Of a stretch of 64,000 nucleotides of DNA, positions 1 to 11,039 are shown one piece after another; within the stretch, counting starts at the first letter, position 1, and each line of letters opens with the position of its first letter. The stretch lies in contig JAYWIR010000009.1 in the NCBI GenBank assembly GCA_036172245.1, positions 1 through 64,000 of the forward strand, in the 5' to 3' direction. Made by a program: the position numbers and the translations under genes. This DNA is from Raillietiella orientalis. Lineage: Eukaryota. Below the pieces are notes generated by a model. The model did not search any database. It had not been told where the DNA came from and was given only the letters and a program-made list of their open reading frames with translations.

Positions 1-158
1 GCTGGTCCGACTCGATCGAACTGATCGTCACGAATGTGTACGCCCCAACCTGTGAAAAGAGATAGACCAACAGTACCAGGTTGCTTGAATCCCTCAAGCG
101 CGACTGGCTGGCCAACATGAGCGTGCGCAAGCCTCACCTGATAGCGGGAGATTTCAAT
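1..158 (+). mobile_element. Family B copy 1, APE fragment (host of A1); its 5' part lies outside the window
   Basis: Reads WSDSIELIVTNVYAP..RDWLA..HLIAGDFN, with an in-frame TAG at 63-65. The frame resumes as FNLRLL at 6062. Confidence 0.85.
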
Positions 159-165
159 CGAGTGC

Positions 166-172
166 GGACGTG
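166..172 (+). promoter_or_regulatory. DPE-like GGACGTG at element 5' ends (putative internal Pol II promoter)
   Basis: Also at 16348(-), 23164(-), 27615, 29998, 35911, 41710 and 49629. Matches the DPE consensus RGWCGTG. Confidence 0.55.
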
Positions 173-237
173 TTTTCCTTCGCTCTCGTCTCCGTGCTTT
201 CATCCGCTTCATCTTGGCGTCGTACATTTTGACGACG

Positions 238-2156
238 ATGTTGACCCAACCCAAAGCTACTGAAGTTGGAGGAACAGCATCCGGATCTGCAATCGCGGAA
301 CCGACGGCCGCCTCCACTTCGTCCTTCTCGCCAATGGAAAGGAGATTTGCTGACGTTGCTGCCACAGCAGCCGTCAAAGGGAAACCACTCGACGAGTCGG
401 AGTTGCGGGCATACGTAGCCCAAAGCTATCGACCTGCTCTCCGATATAAGGTGAGTGGTTTTCTTTCTGCGCGCGAAAGGAATCAGTTCAACGATGGACT
501 GACCCGTGTTGGCGTGCGGGAGGAGGACCTTCTCGCCATTATGCCCGTAAAAGACATGGGCTATTTCAAGGTGCGTTGCAAAGACGCTGCACTTGTGCAA
601 CGCTTGCTGCGCAACCCGTTGTCGATCCGTGGCCAGAAGGTCTTCCCGGTCGCCATGGACGACTGATTTGTGGCGGAGATCTTCGACATCGAGTCGGAAA
701 TCTCCGATATTGATATTCGGAAAGCGTTGGCGAAATTCGCCACGGTCCATGCGCTGTGGAGGGTGCGTAGCAACCTCAAGGACTTCCCGTCCATACACAG
801 CGGAGTCGCTGGAGTCCGCCTTACAATGCCGGACCGCCGTCTGCTGCCCATCAAACTACAAGTGAAAGACACGGTCGTTCACCTGCTGTTCGTAAGCAAA
901 GTAAGAACGTGCCAGCAATGCGGGAAGGAGGGGCATTGTTTGGATCAATGCCCCTCTGGAAAATGCCGTTATTGCAAACTATCCGGGAACCAATTGAAAA
1001 ATTGCCCGGATCTATGCCGAAAAAAGGCAGCCGCGGAGCTTCATCTTAAGAAACAAAGCGCGGATAAAAAGAAAAAATCTGCGAAAAATGTGGAGACCCC
1101 ACGGCAGAAATTTTCAAAAAACGCGACGCGGAATGTCGCCCCAAAGCAGCAGGAAACCTCGAACGCGAAGCCCTGCGCGCCCCCTTTCGCGGCAGGGGAG
1201 CCGCAAAAGAAAGGGTGCGGGGAATCCGGGGCAATGGTAAGTCCCCCTAGGCGCAATAGCTGTCCTTCCCAAGCACGCCCGGCTCTTTCGGAGTTCGAGC
1301 AACCGGCAGGGACGTCAATGGACAACGGCGGTAAGTACACTTCCAGTACCGTCAGATCCATTTCTTCACCTCCTGCAGTGGCTGAGAAGCCCAAATCGGG
1401 TAAGAAGGGTTGTGCCGTGTCGACTTCGAAAGTCGGCAAAAAAAAAATCCACGTCGCGATCCAACACTGCGAAAGCGGAGAAAACTCTCACGCCGTCGCA
1501 GTCGGAGAGCAAGCTCTCGACTGGTGCGGATGCCATGCCAACGAAGGGATTGAAAGCCCTTCCGAAGGCAGCGTCCATGACGAGCGTGTCGAAGCCATCC
1601 GAAGTGCTCCCGTCCAAAGACGCGGATGGCTTCAAAGATGGCCATGGAGCACAATCTCCATTTACTGCGCCACGCGAAGTGAGAATCCGTATAGAAGAAG
1701 ACTTCAGCAAAGGTCCCTCGCGCAACTGCGCGTTAGCACCCTGAAAACGCGCGCGCCGGGAAAGCAGCCGTCACCAAAAGCGATGCTCTGGTGACGGAAA
1801 ACGAAAACAGGACAGCTGTCAATCCAGCAGAACCTGTCACTGCTTCGCGGAAGGCCGAAACCCGATCGAACATGCGCCGGTCGGACTCCGAAATGGATGC
1901 CGTTTCGATCACCGAGACGAGGACAACTCGTTCAAAAGCGTGTGTGCGCCGATTAAAAGTAGGCAGCCAGGCAACGCTCGCCGCGAAGCAACGCGACGTC
2001 TCCACGAAACGCGACGGGGTTCAGCCTGGCGTGGACGCATTACATGCATGCAGCACGACAGAGGACGGTGGCGACCGTCCCCTCTAGCCAGTCTTGCTGC
2101 TCGCCGTCTGCTCGCCGGATAAAGCGAGCAAAAAGCCGCCACCTTCCCAGCAGTAA
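238..2156 (+). pseudogene. A1 ORF1 (gag-like, RRM-like region plus 2 CCHC knuckles)
   Basis: CQQCGKEGHCLDQC and CRYCKLSGNQLKNC. Stop at 664-666 and frameshifts. Confidence 0.85.
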
Positions 2157-5100
2157 TTCGGGGAATCGCGTCTTCTCGTCGTCTGTCCGTAACGTGTTGG
2201 AAAGTGAACGGACTACAGAACGACGAGAAGAGGCGATTAGTAGCTAACGCCCTGCGCCCCTTCGAACTCGCGCTCCTGCAGGAGATTCACGTAATCTCTG
2301 ACGAGCAGGCAGCCGAAATTAAGGAGCGCGCAGGCGGAACGCTACATTGGCGGTGCGGCGGCACACACACGTGCGGCGTCGCGTTCCTCGTAAGAGGAAA
2401 AATGGCGGAAGCGGTGCGTAGTGTTCGTTTCGATGACGACGGACGGATAGGCCAGCTTGTCATCAAGTTGTCCGATTCCATCGATTTCGTCGTTACGAAC
2501 GTCTACGCGCCGAGTGGCTCTCGCTACCTCGAAGAAAGAGTAGCCTTCTTTGGTGAGGTGCAGAGCCAGTGGCTCAACAACTCCGGTTTCCAAGTGGCGC
2601 ACCTCGTCGTTGGGGACTTCAACGTCCGCCTGCTCTCCGAAGATTGGAGCCGCCCGAGGGAGCGCGCGCTGCCCATCGAGATGTGCGCGTCCATGCACGC
2701 CGCCAACTTGATGGTCAGCGAACCTGGAATGGAAAGATCGCTCGATCACGTTTTCCTCGATAAAAACCTGCATTCGCGTGTGGGTAGGAGAGGAAGATTG
2801 TTGACTAGGCTTTCTGACCACCACAGGTTGGAGTTTGAGATTCTTCCGCTAGGAAGGGGGCCTCCGTTGCAAAACTGGAGGATGCAGGCATATTGGCTTA
2901 GCCAACCGGAGGGTGCGGAGCATCTACGTGGATACCTCCGAGGCTTTGCCATTCAAGAACTTGGGGACTGGGACGATCTCAAAAGATCTGTCCGCGAGTT
3001 CTGTTGCCAATTCCCCTTGCACCGGCTTCCACGCGGTTTCGGAGAGAATGTGGCCAACAGTAGAGACTTTATGCAGGCCCGCACGTTTTCGAGACGCGCG
3101 GTTGTCGGGCGTCTCGCAGAGTACAAGGCGAGGGCCGAGCGCCAGGTCTGGCAGTCCGGAGCAGCATGCCTGTTGGACGACAAGGGCCAGGAAAGTTTAG
3201 CCCCAGCCGAAGTACGCCGCATTGTGAGACGCTACTACTCCTCTCTGTACGTGGAATTCCCGACGGAGGATATTCTTTCTGAGATACTCCTGTCTCAGGA
3301 TGCTCGTGTTGTCGGCGAGGAGGAACGCGAACGTCACAACGAGCCCTTCACGGCGGATGAATTTTCGTCCGGAATCGCTGGGCTGAAGAGGCGAGAGGCG
3401 CCAGGTGAGGATGGGCTCCCTGCAGAGTTTTCTTAGTGCTTTGATGTGGAGCTGATTCCCTTGATGCTGAAACTCGCGACGCTGATGAGTGAATCCGAAT
3501 ATGTCCCGGATTCCTACCGCTCAACGAAGGTGCGTCTCCTGCCGAAAGGCGAAGACTTGCGTCAACTTAACAACTGGCGTCGGATCACCTTGGTGAACTC
3601 GGACGTCAAGTTGTTTTCCAAGCTGTGGGTCGCGCGGTTAGGAAGTATCGCGGAATCTGTGGTGAGCCCGGAACAAACCTACGCGGTTCCGGGACGATCC
3701 ATGGAGGCGAACATCCTTTTTGCGCGTACATGGATGCAGCTGCAGGAAGTTGTGGCGCAGCAAAGCCAGGCTGCTGCGAAAGTCACTGCCGCAGGCAAGA
3801 AGAGCAGGCGCCGATGGCAGGAGGGAACGCCAGGTGCCTTGGCGGTCGCGGTCGATCTCCACAAGGCGTTCGACTGCGTAAACCAGAAGCTGCTTTTGGA
3901 GCTTATGGAACGCCTTGGGTTCCCGGCGCAACTCCTGCTGTATTTGCGCACGTGCTGGCGCCATGCGCTAACCTGCATTACTTTCAGCGGCTGCCGCGTG
4001 TATGGTATTCCCGTTCGTAGGGGCATCCGACAGGGCGACAGCTTATGCCCGTTGCTCTTCAGCATCTTCTTTGAGTTGGTGCTAAGAGCATACAGGATGA
4101 CGCTGTCTCACTTGCCAAGCTCCTGCCCGGGAACGCCTGCCGTGGCCGCCTACGCTGATAACCTGCTTCTTCTGCTCCCCATGTCCACCACGGCGTCCAG
4201 TGTCGAGGATTTCTTCGACCTGATTCGTCGGGGAGCGGGCATGAGCGTGAACAGAGAGAAGAGCGTGGTCGTTCCTGTGGGTACGTCGTGGAAGGGGCAG
4301 TCCGACTGGATCCGCCTGGGGATCCCCACGGGCGGGTACTTTAAGTACCTTGGCGTTCCGTTGGGCGCTTTCGGCGCAGCCGAAGCGTGGGCGGACTGTC
4401 TTCAGAAAGCAGAGTTGGCCATCAGCCCGTTCTTTAACGGCAAGTTTACCTTGCAGGAACGGGCGACTATTTGGAACACCTTTGTGGCCCCCCTCCTCCG
4501 TCCCCTGTTTTTTGTTTTGGACCCCCCTATGCGGCGAAAAAGCGGGCTAGGTGCCCGCTCAGGAACGCTCTCTGGGGTCCGGCGAGATCCAGGATCCGCC
4601 TTAAAGATTTGTTAGCTCCCCGTCTGGATGCTGGTTTGGGTATCTTGACAATGGAGCGAATCGCACTGCAGGTGCAGTTCCGACTGCTGGCACTGTGTGC
4701 CCAGCTATGGACATCCCCCCTGTGTGTGCCAGCCCGCATTCTCCTGCGGAGATGCGCCGGCAGCGGAGGATTTCTCTCGCTTTTGCCGGGCACTCAATAC
4801 AGGAAGCGGGGTTTCGGGTTTCCATTGCGGCAGTTGACCGCACTTCTGGAAGCTCAATCGTGGATCTTCTGCCGCCCATTAAACTTTGAAGCTTGGCGGC
4901 AGGAGTCTGTTGAATCCTGGGCGGCGTTTCAAGGAATACGCCCTGAAGATCTTCGCCCCCTGCGTCAATTTCTTCCACGATCCTTGGAAGAAGTACTGCA
5001 GGACGAGGTGAAGTTTTCTACCCTGGCTGCCACGCGTCTTGCCGCAGCGCTGTTTGCCCTCAGGGCAAGAAACGACAGTTACCAACCGGCGAGGTGGGAG

Positions 5101-5748
5101 GTTTCCTGCACGATACCGGGAAAAACCAAAATCCTTGGCGCCTGGAAGACGAGTGAGTTGGCGGACGCCGCCACTTCTCGTGTTACTGCAAAGGGACTCC
5201 TCCGGTGGGCAGAAGAACTTGCTGTCACCCCCGAAGAACTTGTAGTCCCTCCACAGTGTATTGACAGTTCGCTGCTCCCCTTTGCTTGGAAACAAGCCGT
5301 GCTGCTTTTTGTTCACTGGAGTTTTCAGTGCAACGAGCGTTGGCATCGTGACTCCGGGGAACTTGCGTCTGCGAACTGCGTTCGGTGCGGATCGACGGAG
5401 TTGATTCCGCACCTACTACTGGACTGCGGTGTCCTACAAGGACTGTGGCGTAGGCTGGCAACAGCACTAATGCATCCCGTGGACACCGCAAGAGACTTTC
5501 TGTGGCGATTCTTCACGCCGAGCGGGCTGTCTCTAAGCGCAAGCATTGCAACCATCGGTTGCATTCGCGCAATAGTTTCCGTCCGCCAGGCGTTGGTAAT
5601 CAACGGACAGCCTCAAGAGGTAATCAGCAAAGCATCCTTCTACATAAGAGCATCCGCTAGATGGCCTCATTTGACAGAGGAGACAAAAAGGAATCTCGCC
5701 GCAATACACCGCCCGTTTACACACCCTCAGCAGCGGCCAACCCGGTGA
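2156..5748 (+). pseudogene. A1 ORF2 (APE-RT-zf-RVT), frameshifted
   Basis: LQE, NVYAP, GDFN, LDH, SDH; APGEDG, DLHKAFD, GIRQGD, YADN, KYLG; CVRCG..HLLLDC. Split over ORFs 2204-3436, 3446-4615 and 4471-5748. Confidence 0.92.
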
Positions 5749-6031
5749 TCATTGCCCTACCCTCCATAAACTAATTTTGTATTTTCTTTTTACACCCGCG
5801 TCCCCATAGGCTCCGGAACATTTGAGGTGCTCATCGTTTAAATCGCCGTGAGTACGGAGCCTAGCCAAAAACCCTTTTCCCTTCCCTCCAGTTTCTGATT
5901 TTTGTTTGTTTCCCCTCATTCCCCCCACGCTGCGAGCGGTTTGTTTAACTGGCCTGCGTGCCGGTAATTTTTCTATGTTCTCTGTCGTTCTCTTGGTTGG
6001 GGACATTGTCCCTGACCAGTTTATTATAATT

Positions 6032-6058
6032 AATAAACGCCCCGGCGTGACCGGGTGA
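6032..6058 (+). other. 3'-terminal AATAAA plus CCCGG/CCGGG hairpin (representative of 11 copies)
   Basis: Also at 9368, 10784(-), 16378(-), 21959, 24686(-), 35866, 39578(-), 47436, 49574 and 55264. Confidence 0.85.
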
Positions 6059-6061
6059 TAA

Positions 6062-9000
6062 ATTTCAATCTCCGTCTGCTAACAGGTGAGCCAGAAACAC
6101 AAGAGAACGCGATGAACGAGTTTTGCGCCGCCATGCGTGCGCGCAACTTGTTCGCGGGTGAGAGGGGAATGGTCCGCAGCATCGACCACGTCTTCCTCGA
6201 CGCTGACCTGTGTTCACGTTTCGGCAAACGGGGGAGGGTTGCGTCGACGTTGTCGGACCATTCCCGGTTAATTTTCGAGATGCGGCCTCGTGACAAGGGA
6301 TTGCCATCCAGGGATTGGCGTCTGCCGGGGGACTGGACGCGACTCTCAGGTGCGAAGGAATACCTTCGCGAATACCTGTGAGGTGTCACGCTCCGGAATC
6401 TCCAGAACTGGGACCTTTTTAAGGAATCGGTATGCGAGTTCTGTGAGCAGTTCCCCCTGGATCGCCTGCCTTCCGGATTCGGCGAGGGTGCTCGCAACCA
6501 TCGGGCCTATTTACAGGCTCGTAGGTACGAGAGAACCCCTAATGTCCGTCGCCTGGCCGAGTACCGCGCCGGGGCCGAACGCCAAGCCTGGCAATCCGGG
6601 TCGGCCAGCTTGCTGGACGACCAGGGCCGGGAATGTTCGTCCCCGGCGTCGGTACGGCATCTCGTGCGGAGTTTCTATTCCTCCCTTTACGCCAGGGAGC
6701 CCCCGGATCGAAACGCCTCTCGGCGCTTGCTTCCGGATGGCGCCCCGGCAACAGGGGAGGAGGAGATGGAAAGCCTCGACGAGCCTTTTACCACCGGCGA
6801 AATTCTCGCCGGTATCAAAAGGCTCAAGAGGCGTAAAGCTCCAGGGGAAGACGGCTTGCCCGCGGAGTTCTTTCAGAGCTTCGCGGAAAAGCTGGCACCC
6901 CTGCTGCTTAAGTTGATCAGGCTGATCCGAGACGAAGGCGATGTTCCCGCCTCGTTTCGGTCAGCCAGAGTGAGGCTCCTTCCGAAAGGGGGAGACCTCA
7001 GGAATTTAAAGAACTGGCGTCCGATCACAATCGTGAATACGGACGCCACGTTGATAGCAGGGCTATGGGCTTCGTGTCTGGGGCAGGTGGCAGAATCCGT
7101 AATTAGCCCGGAGCAGACTTATGCTGTTCCCGGGCGAAGTATGGATGCCAACCTCTTCTTCGCAAGCACATGGGTACACCTGCAGAGAAGAGAGAAGAAA
7201 GGGATAGGGAAAGTCGGCAACCCCACATTGGGGCCGCCAGCCGGGCTGGAAAGGGACCCCCGGGCGGGGAAAGGGGCCCTAGCGCTCGCAGTCGATCTCC
7301 ACAAGGCGTTCGACAGTGTAGACCAGGAACTCCTCTTCGAGCTCCTGGGTCGCATGGGCTTCCCACCCTCCCTGATTTCCTACCTGCGCTCTTGCTGGCG
7401 GAATGCGATGATTACCGTCTGTTTCAGTGGACAGAAGGTGTATGGCGTGCCGGTGCGGCGGGGCATAAGGCAGGGCGATAGCCTCAGCCCCCTGCTCTTT
7501 AGCACCTACTTTGGGTTAATGCTGAGAGCGTACAGGGTGACTTTGGCCCCCTTGCCGAGCTCGTGCCCCGGCACGCCCGCCGTAGCAGCGTACGCCGACG
7601 ATCTTCTGCTCTTGTTGCCAATGTCCACCCTGGCGAAAGCGGTCGGAGACTTCTTCGATCTGCTCAGCCGCGGGACCGGACTGAAGGTTAACAGGGCGAA
7701 GTCGTCGGTTGTGCCAATAGGTGCGGCGTGGGCAGGGCAGCAGGACTGGGTCCGTCTGGGGATCCCCACGGCGAGGTGCTTCAAGTACCTTGGTGTGCCG
7801 TTGGGGGACTACTCCCCTGCGGAAGCGTGGTCCAGCTGCCTCCAAAAAGTCGAGACGGCGATCGGCCCGTTCCTGGAAGGCAAGTTTCACTTGCCGGAAC
7901 GGGCCGCGGTTTGGAACGCCTTCGCGGCCCCCATCCTCCGCCCTTCGCTTTTCGTTTGCCCTTCCACCGTGGAATCCAAGAAGAGGATGAAGGACCTCCT
8001 CCGTATCGCCCTTTGGGGCAAGGGGAGGCCCCGATTCCCACTGAAGGACTTGTGCGCTCCGCGTCGGGACGGCGGTCTTGGCCTCCTGACGCTGGAGCGC
8101 GTGGAGAAGCAGCTGCGGTGGCGAACCGTCGCCATCGCAGCGAAGATGTGGTGCACCCCATGGTGCACTCCAGCCCGCCTCCTGGCCAGCAGTATGTCCC
8201 GGTGCGATGGACTGGCGTCTTTTCTTCTCAGCCGTGTCCGCAAGCTGCGAAGATGCGGCCTACTGCTCGGGCGCATGGCAACATTGGCCAAGGAGAACAG
8301 CTGGATGGTTTGCTGCCCCGCCAACTCCCCCGTTTGGCTGGAGGAAAATATTGGAACGTGGGCAGTGGTTAACCAGACAAGCTACGAGACGTGGAATCGT
8401 CTCCGATGCAGCCCCTACGACCGCTGCACGCTGCGGAATCTCCTGAAGAGTCCAGCAAGATGCACGTGGGCAGAGACGACCTCCCTAGCTACGGCGCTGC
8501 CTTTCCTGAAAAGGGCACTTCACAGCAGCCGGACGCCAAGGTGGCAAGTCTCCTGCTGCATCGAGGGACGCGAGAAGTTGATCAGCGGCTGGACAACAGG
8601 AGAATTGGCCGACGTCACGACCCCGAGCGTCCAGCCCCGAGGACTAAGAAGATGTGGCGAGCTGCTGGCCATCCCTATGGATGTGCTGAAGTGGCCCCCG
8701 CTTCTTCAGGAATCCAGGATCCTGCCCCTTAAGTGGAAAGAGTCGGCGTTGCTTTTGTTGCACTGGGGTCTACCCTGCAACACACGCCGCTCTCACTGGA
8801 CAAGAGGAGTTGTGGATCCTGCGTGTGTCAGGTGCGGAGAGCGGGAATCGCTCTCCCACCTTATTGTGGACTGTGCTGCCCTTCGTCCCCTTTGGGAACG
8901 GTTTGGGACGATCCTCGGTCTCCCAACGGGCAGTTCCCCTAGAGACGTTCTTCGGCCCCTCATAGTGGAGGACGCCCTGCATCCAGCCGCAGCCCTTGCA

Positions 9001-9395
9001 GCCTCGTGCTGCGTCCGAGGCATCGTGGCGGCATGGAGCGACACCAACAAGGAAGAAGTGGGTGAACACGCGAGGGATGTCATCCCATATGAACAACGCT
9101 TCTTGCGGAGAGCTGCTGGATGGCCCCAACTGGGGAATCTACGGATGGACCTCGAGGGCTTCCTTCAACGGATGGGCCCTCCTCTCTGCGAACAGTGATC
9201 CCTTCCCTGCCCCCCAACCTCACTTGTTTGTTTGCCTTTTTGTTTTTATTTTTTTTTTCCCCATCCCCTTTCGCTGCCGGGGAGTGCCACGCCGGGCTGC
9301 GTCCCGGTAGGTCCCGTGCATAAGGCCGTGAGCGGGGCCTGGTACCGCAATTGTAGAGTTTTTTATAAATAAACGCCCCGGGCGTATCCGGGTGG
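6062..9395 (+). mobile_element. Family B copy 1, 3' part (rest of APE, RT, zf-RVT, 3' UTR)
   Basis: Continues the frame of 1-158. Contains the 862-aa ORF 6610-9198. Ends AATAAACGCCCCGGGCGTATCCGGGTGG (9368-9395). Confidence 0.92.
6610..9198 (+). CDS. RT plus zf-RVT portion of B1 ORF2 (open, but the APE end is disrupted)
   Basis: KAPGEDG, WRPIT, DLHKAFD, RQGDSLSP, YADD, KYLG, CVRCG..H...C. Confidence 0.85.
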   Translation: MLDDQGRECSSPASVRHLVRSFYSSLYAREPPDRNASRRLLPDGAPATGEEEMESLDEPFTTGEILAGIKRLKRRKAPGEDGLPAEFFQSFAEKLAPLLLKLIRLIRDEGDVPASFRSARVRLLPKGGDLRNLKNWRPITIVNTDATLIAGLWASCLGQVAESVISPEQTYAVPGRSMDANLFFASTWVHLQRREKKGIGKVGNPTLGPPAGLERDPRAGKGALALAVDLHKAFDSVDQELLFELLGRMGFPPSLISYLRSCWRNAMITVCFSGQKVYGVPVRRGIRQGDSLSPLLFSTYFGLMLRAYRVTLAPLPSSCPGTPAVAAYADDLLLLLPMSTLAKAVGDFFDLLSRGTGLKVNRAKSSVVPIGAAWAGQQDWVRLGIPTARCFKYLGVPLGDYSPAEAWSSCLQKVETAIGPFLEGKFHLPERAAVWNAFAAPILRPSLFVCPSTVESKKRMKDLLRIALWGKGRPRFPLKDLCAPRRDGGLGLLTLERVEKQLRWRTVAIAAKMWCTPWCTPARLLASSMSRCDGLASFLLSRVRKLRRCGLLLGRMATLAKENSWMVCCPANSPVWLEENIGTWAVVNQTSYETWNRLRCSPYDRCTLRNLLKSPARCTWAETTSLATALPFLKRALHSSRTPRWQVSCCIEGREKLISGWTTGELADVTTPSVQPRGLRRCGELLAIPMDVLKWPPLLQESRILPLKWKESALLLLHWGLPCNTRRSHWTRGVVDPACVRCGERESLSHLIVDCAALRPLWERFGTILGLPTGSSPRDVLRPLIVEDALHPAAALAASCCVRGIVAAWSDTNKEEVGEHARDVIPYEQRFLRRAAGWPQLGNLRMDLEGFLQRMGPPLCEQ

Positions 9396-10783
9396 CAACG
9401 CCGAAACCTGTAGGGAGACGGTTCAGGGGAAACTGGTCGCAGAACTCGCGGACTGAGCTCTTCAAGTGGTCCCAGTCCGCGAGCGACTGCATATGGAAGC
9501 CTTGCAGGAACGAGCGAAGATGTTGCGCTGCTCCTGCGAGGCGCAACGAGTCCCCTGGCAAACGCCACGCTGTGGAGGGTGGACCTTTACCGCGCGGGTG
9601 TATTTCTAGCGCGAGCCGTGGATGGTCGGAAAGTTCGGATGGCACTGCCCCACGATTTCCCACCCGCGAACACAGGTGGTTGTCGAGGAACATGTGGTCG
9701 ATCGTCCTCTCCGTCCCGGCGTCACCGGCCAACAAGTTGCGCGCGTGCATGGCAGCGCACATCTCGTTGACCAGCTGTGCGCGAATGTCGGGCGCACCTG
9801 CCAGCAGGCGGACGTTAATGTCCCCGGCAATGAGGTGCGCCTTTTGCATGTCTGCTTCGGCCAGCCAATCTCGCCGCAGGCCTTCGAAGAACGCAGTGCG
9901 TTCCCCGCGCCTGTGGCTTGTGCCGGGCGCGTACACGTTGGTCACGACGAGGTCGATCGCGTCGGACCACTTGTCGACCAGCTGCCCGATTTGACCTTCC
10001 CCGTCGAAGTGCACGTCGCGCAGCGCATTAACGACGGCTGGCTTCAGCATGAAAGCCACACCGCGGGTGTGGTCTCTCCCGTTCTCGTATATGAGCCGCC
10101 CGCCTGCGATCCGTTCGATTTCTTGGGCCTCCCCTGCGTGGAGCACGTGCGTCTCCTGCAGAATCACCAGGTCGAAGTCCCGCAGGCTGGCGGCCACTTC
10201 TCTCCTCTTGCCGTCGTCGCGCAACCCGTTGACGTTCCAACAGATTACGCGCAGTCGCCGGCAGGAGGAGAGTCCACGCGTTGGTGTGTTTATTGTGCTT
10301 GCTTACCGTCCTCCGCCTGCTGTTCAGCAGGCGGGAGTTGTGTATCCATTGCGACGGGCTGCTGCTCGCAAGGAGGCTGTCCGTCGGTGGTTGTGGTGGT
10401 GGTTGGAGGATCCTGCTTGGCCAGGGACGTCTCCGGCGAGGAGTCGCGAGAACTCGCGGACATCGCCTCCCCGTCGTCGTGGTCCGACCGCATTTCCTCC
10501 TCCGCCGGTGGAGGTGCGGAGCGCCGCGGGTTGCCTACCTTGCGGCCCGCTTTGCGCTTCGGGAGAGCGACAGCCGGAGCGTTGCCGGGTTCGGCTTCGG
10601 ACTCGGAAGTCTTCGGTCCTTTCACCTCAGCCGGACGCCTCAAGGCCTTCTTCTGGGCCTTGGGAGGCTGCTGGAGCATGGCTGCCAACTCTTCCGCCGC
10701 CTTGTTGAAGTCCCGGTCGTCGCTGCTCACGCTGGGCTCGCGACTTTGTCGCGGCATCGGCGTTCGCGCGTCGGCGGGTTGTT
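9396..10783 (-). mobile_element. Internal fragment (ORF1 C-terminus plus APE), probably element F, cut by B1 at RLPTGFG and by C1 in ORF1
   Basis: ORF 9220-10224 has LQETH, NVYAP, GDIN, IDH, SDH. ORF 10290-10757 is an ORF1 tail with the AAEELAA motif. Confidence 0.8.
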
Positions 10784-11039
10784 CACACCCGGATGTGCCG
10801 GGGCATTTATTTCATAGAAATAAAATTACAGAAAAATGTCGCGTGGCGAACTTGAAGGTTCACCACTCCAAAACAGCTTGCTGGTCACCGGCTCCGTGCC
10901 GGAGAGGTCCTTCCGATGCGCGGGGATGGGAAATAAAGAAAAACAAAAAGAAACAAAAAGTTCAAATGTGGGGGGGGGGAACAAATGTTCTAGGGTTGGG
11001 AGGGAAGGGAAGGGATCACGGTGCGCGTGGAAAGGTCCT

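Larger units (their letters stand above)
159..6061 (+). mobile_element. Tx1/L1-clade non-LTR retrotransposon A1, full length, decayed
   Basis: Flanked by the 8-bp direct repeat ATTTCAAT (151-158, 6062-6069). GGACGTG at 166. ORF1 and ORF2 present. 3' AATAAA plus hairpin at 6032-6058. Confidence 0.93.

Noticed and set aside
6041..6055. 3' hairpin as a Rho-independent terminator or histone stem-loop
   Set aside because: There is no U-tract after the stem, and it does not match the histone GGYYYT-TTYM-ARRRCC consensus.
6610..9198. Bacterial RT system (group II intron, retron, DGR) suggested by YADD and high GC
   Set aside because: The APE-RT-zf-RVT layout, CCHC ORF1, TSDs and AATAAA signals define eukaryotic L1/Tx1-type LINEs.
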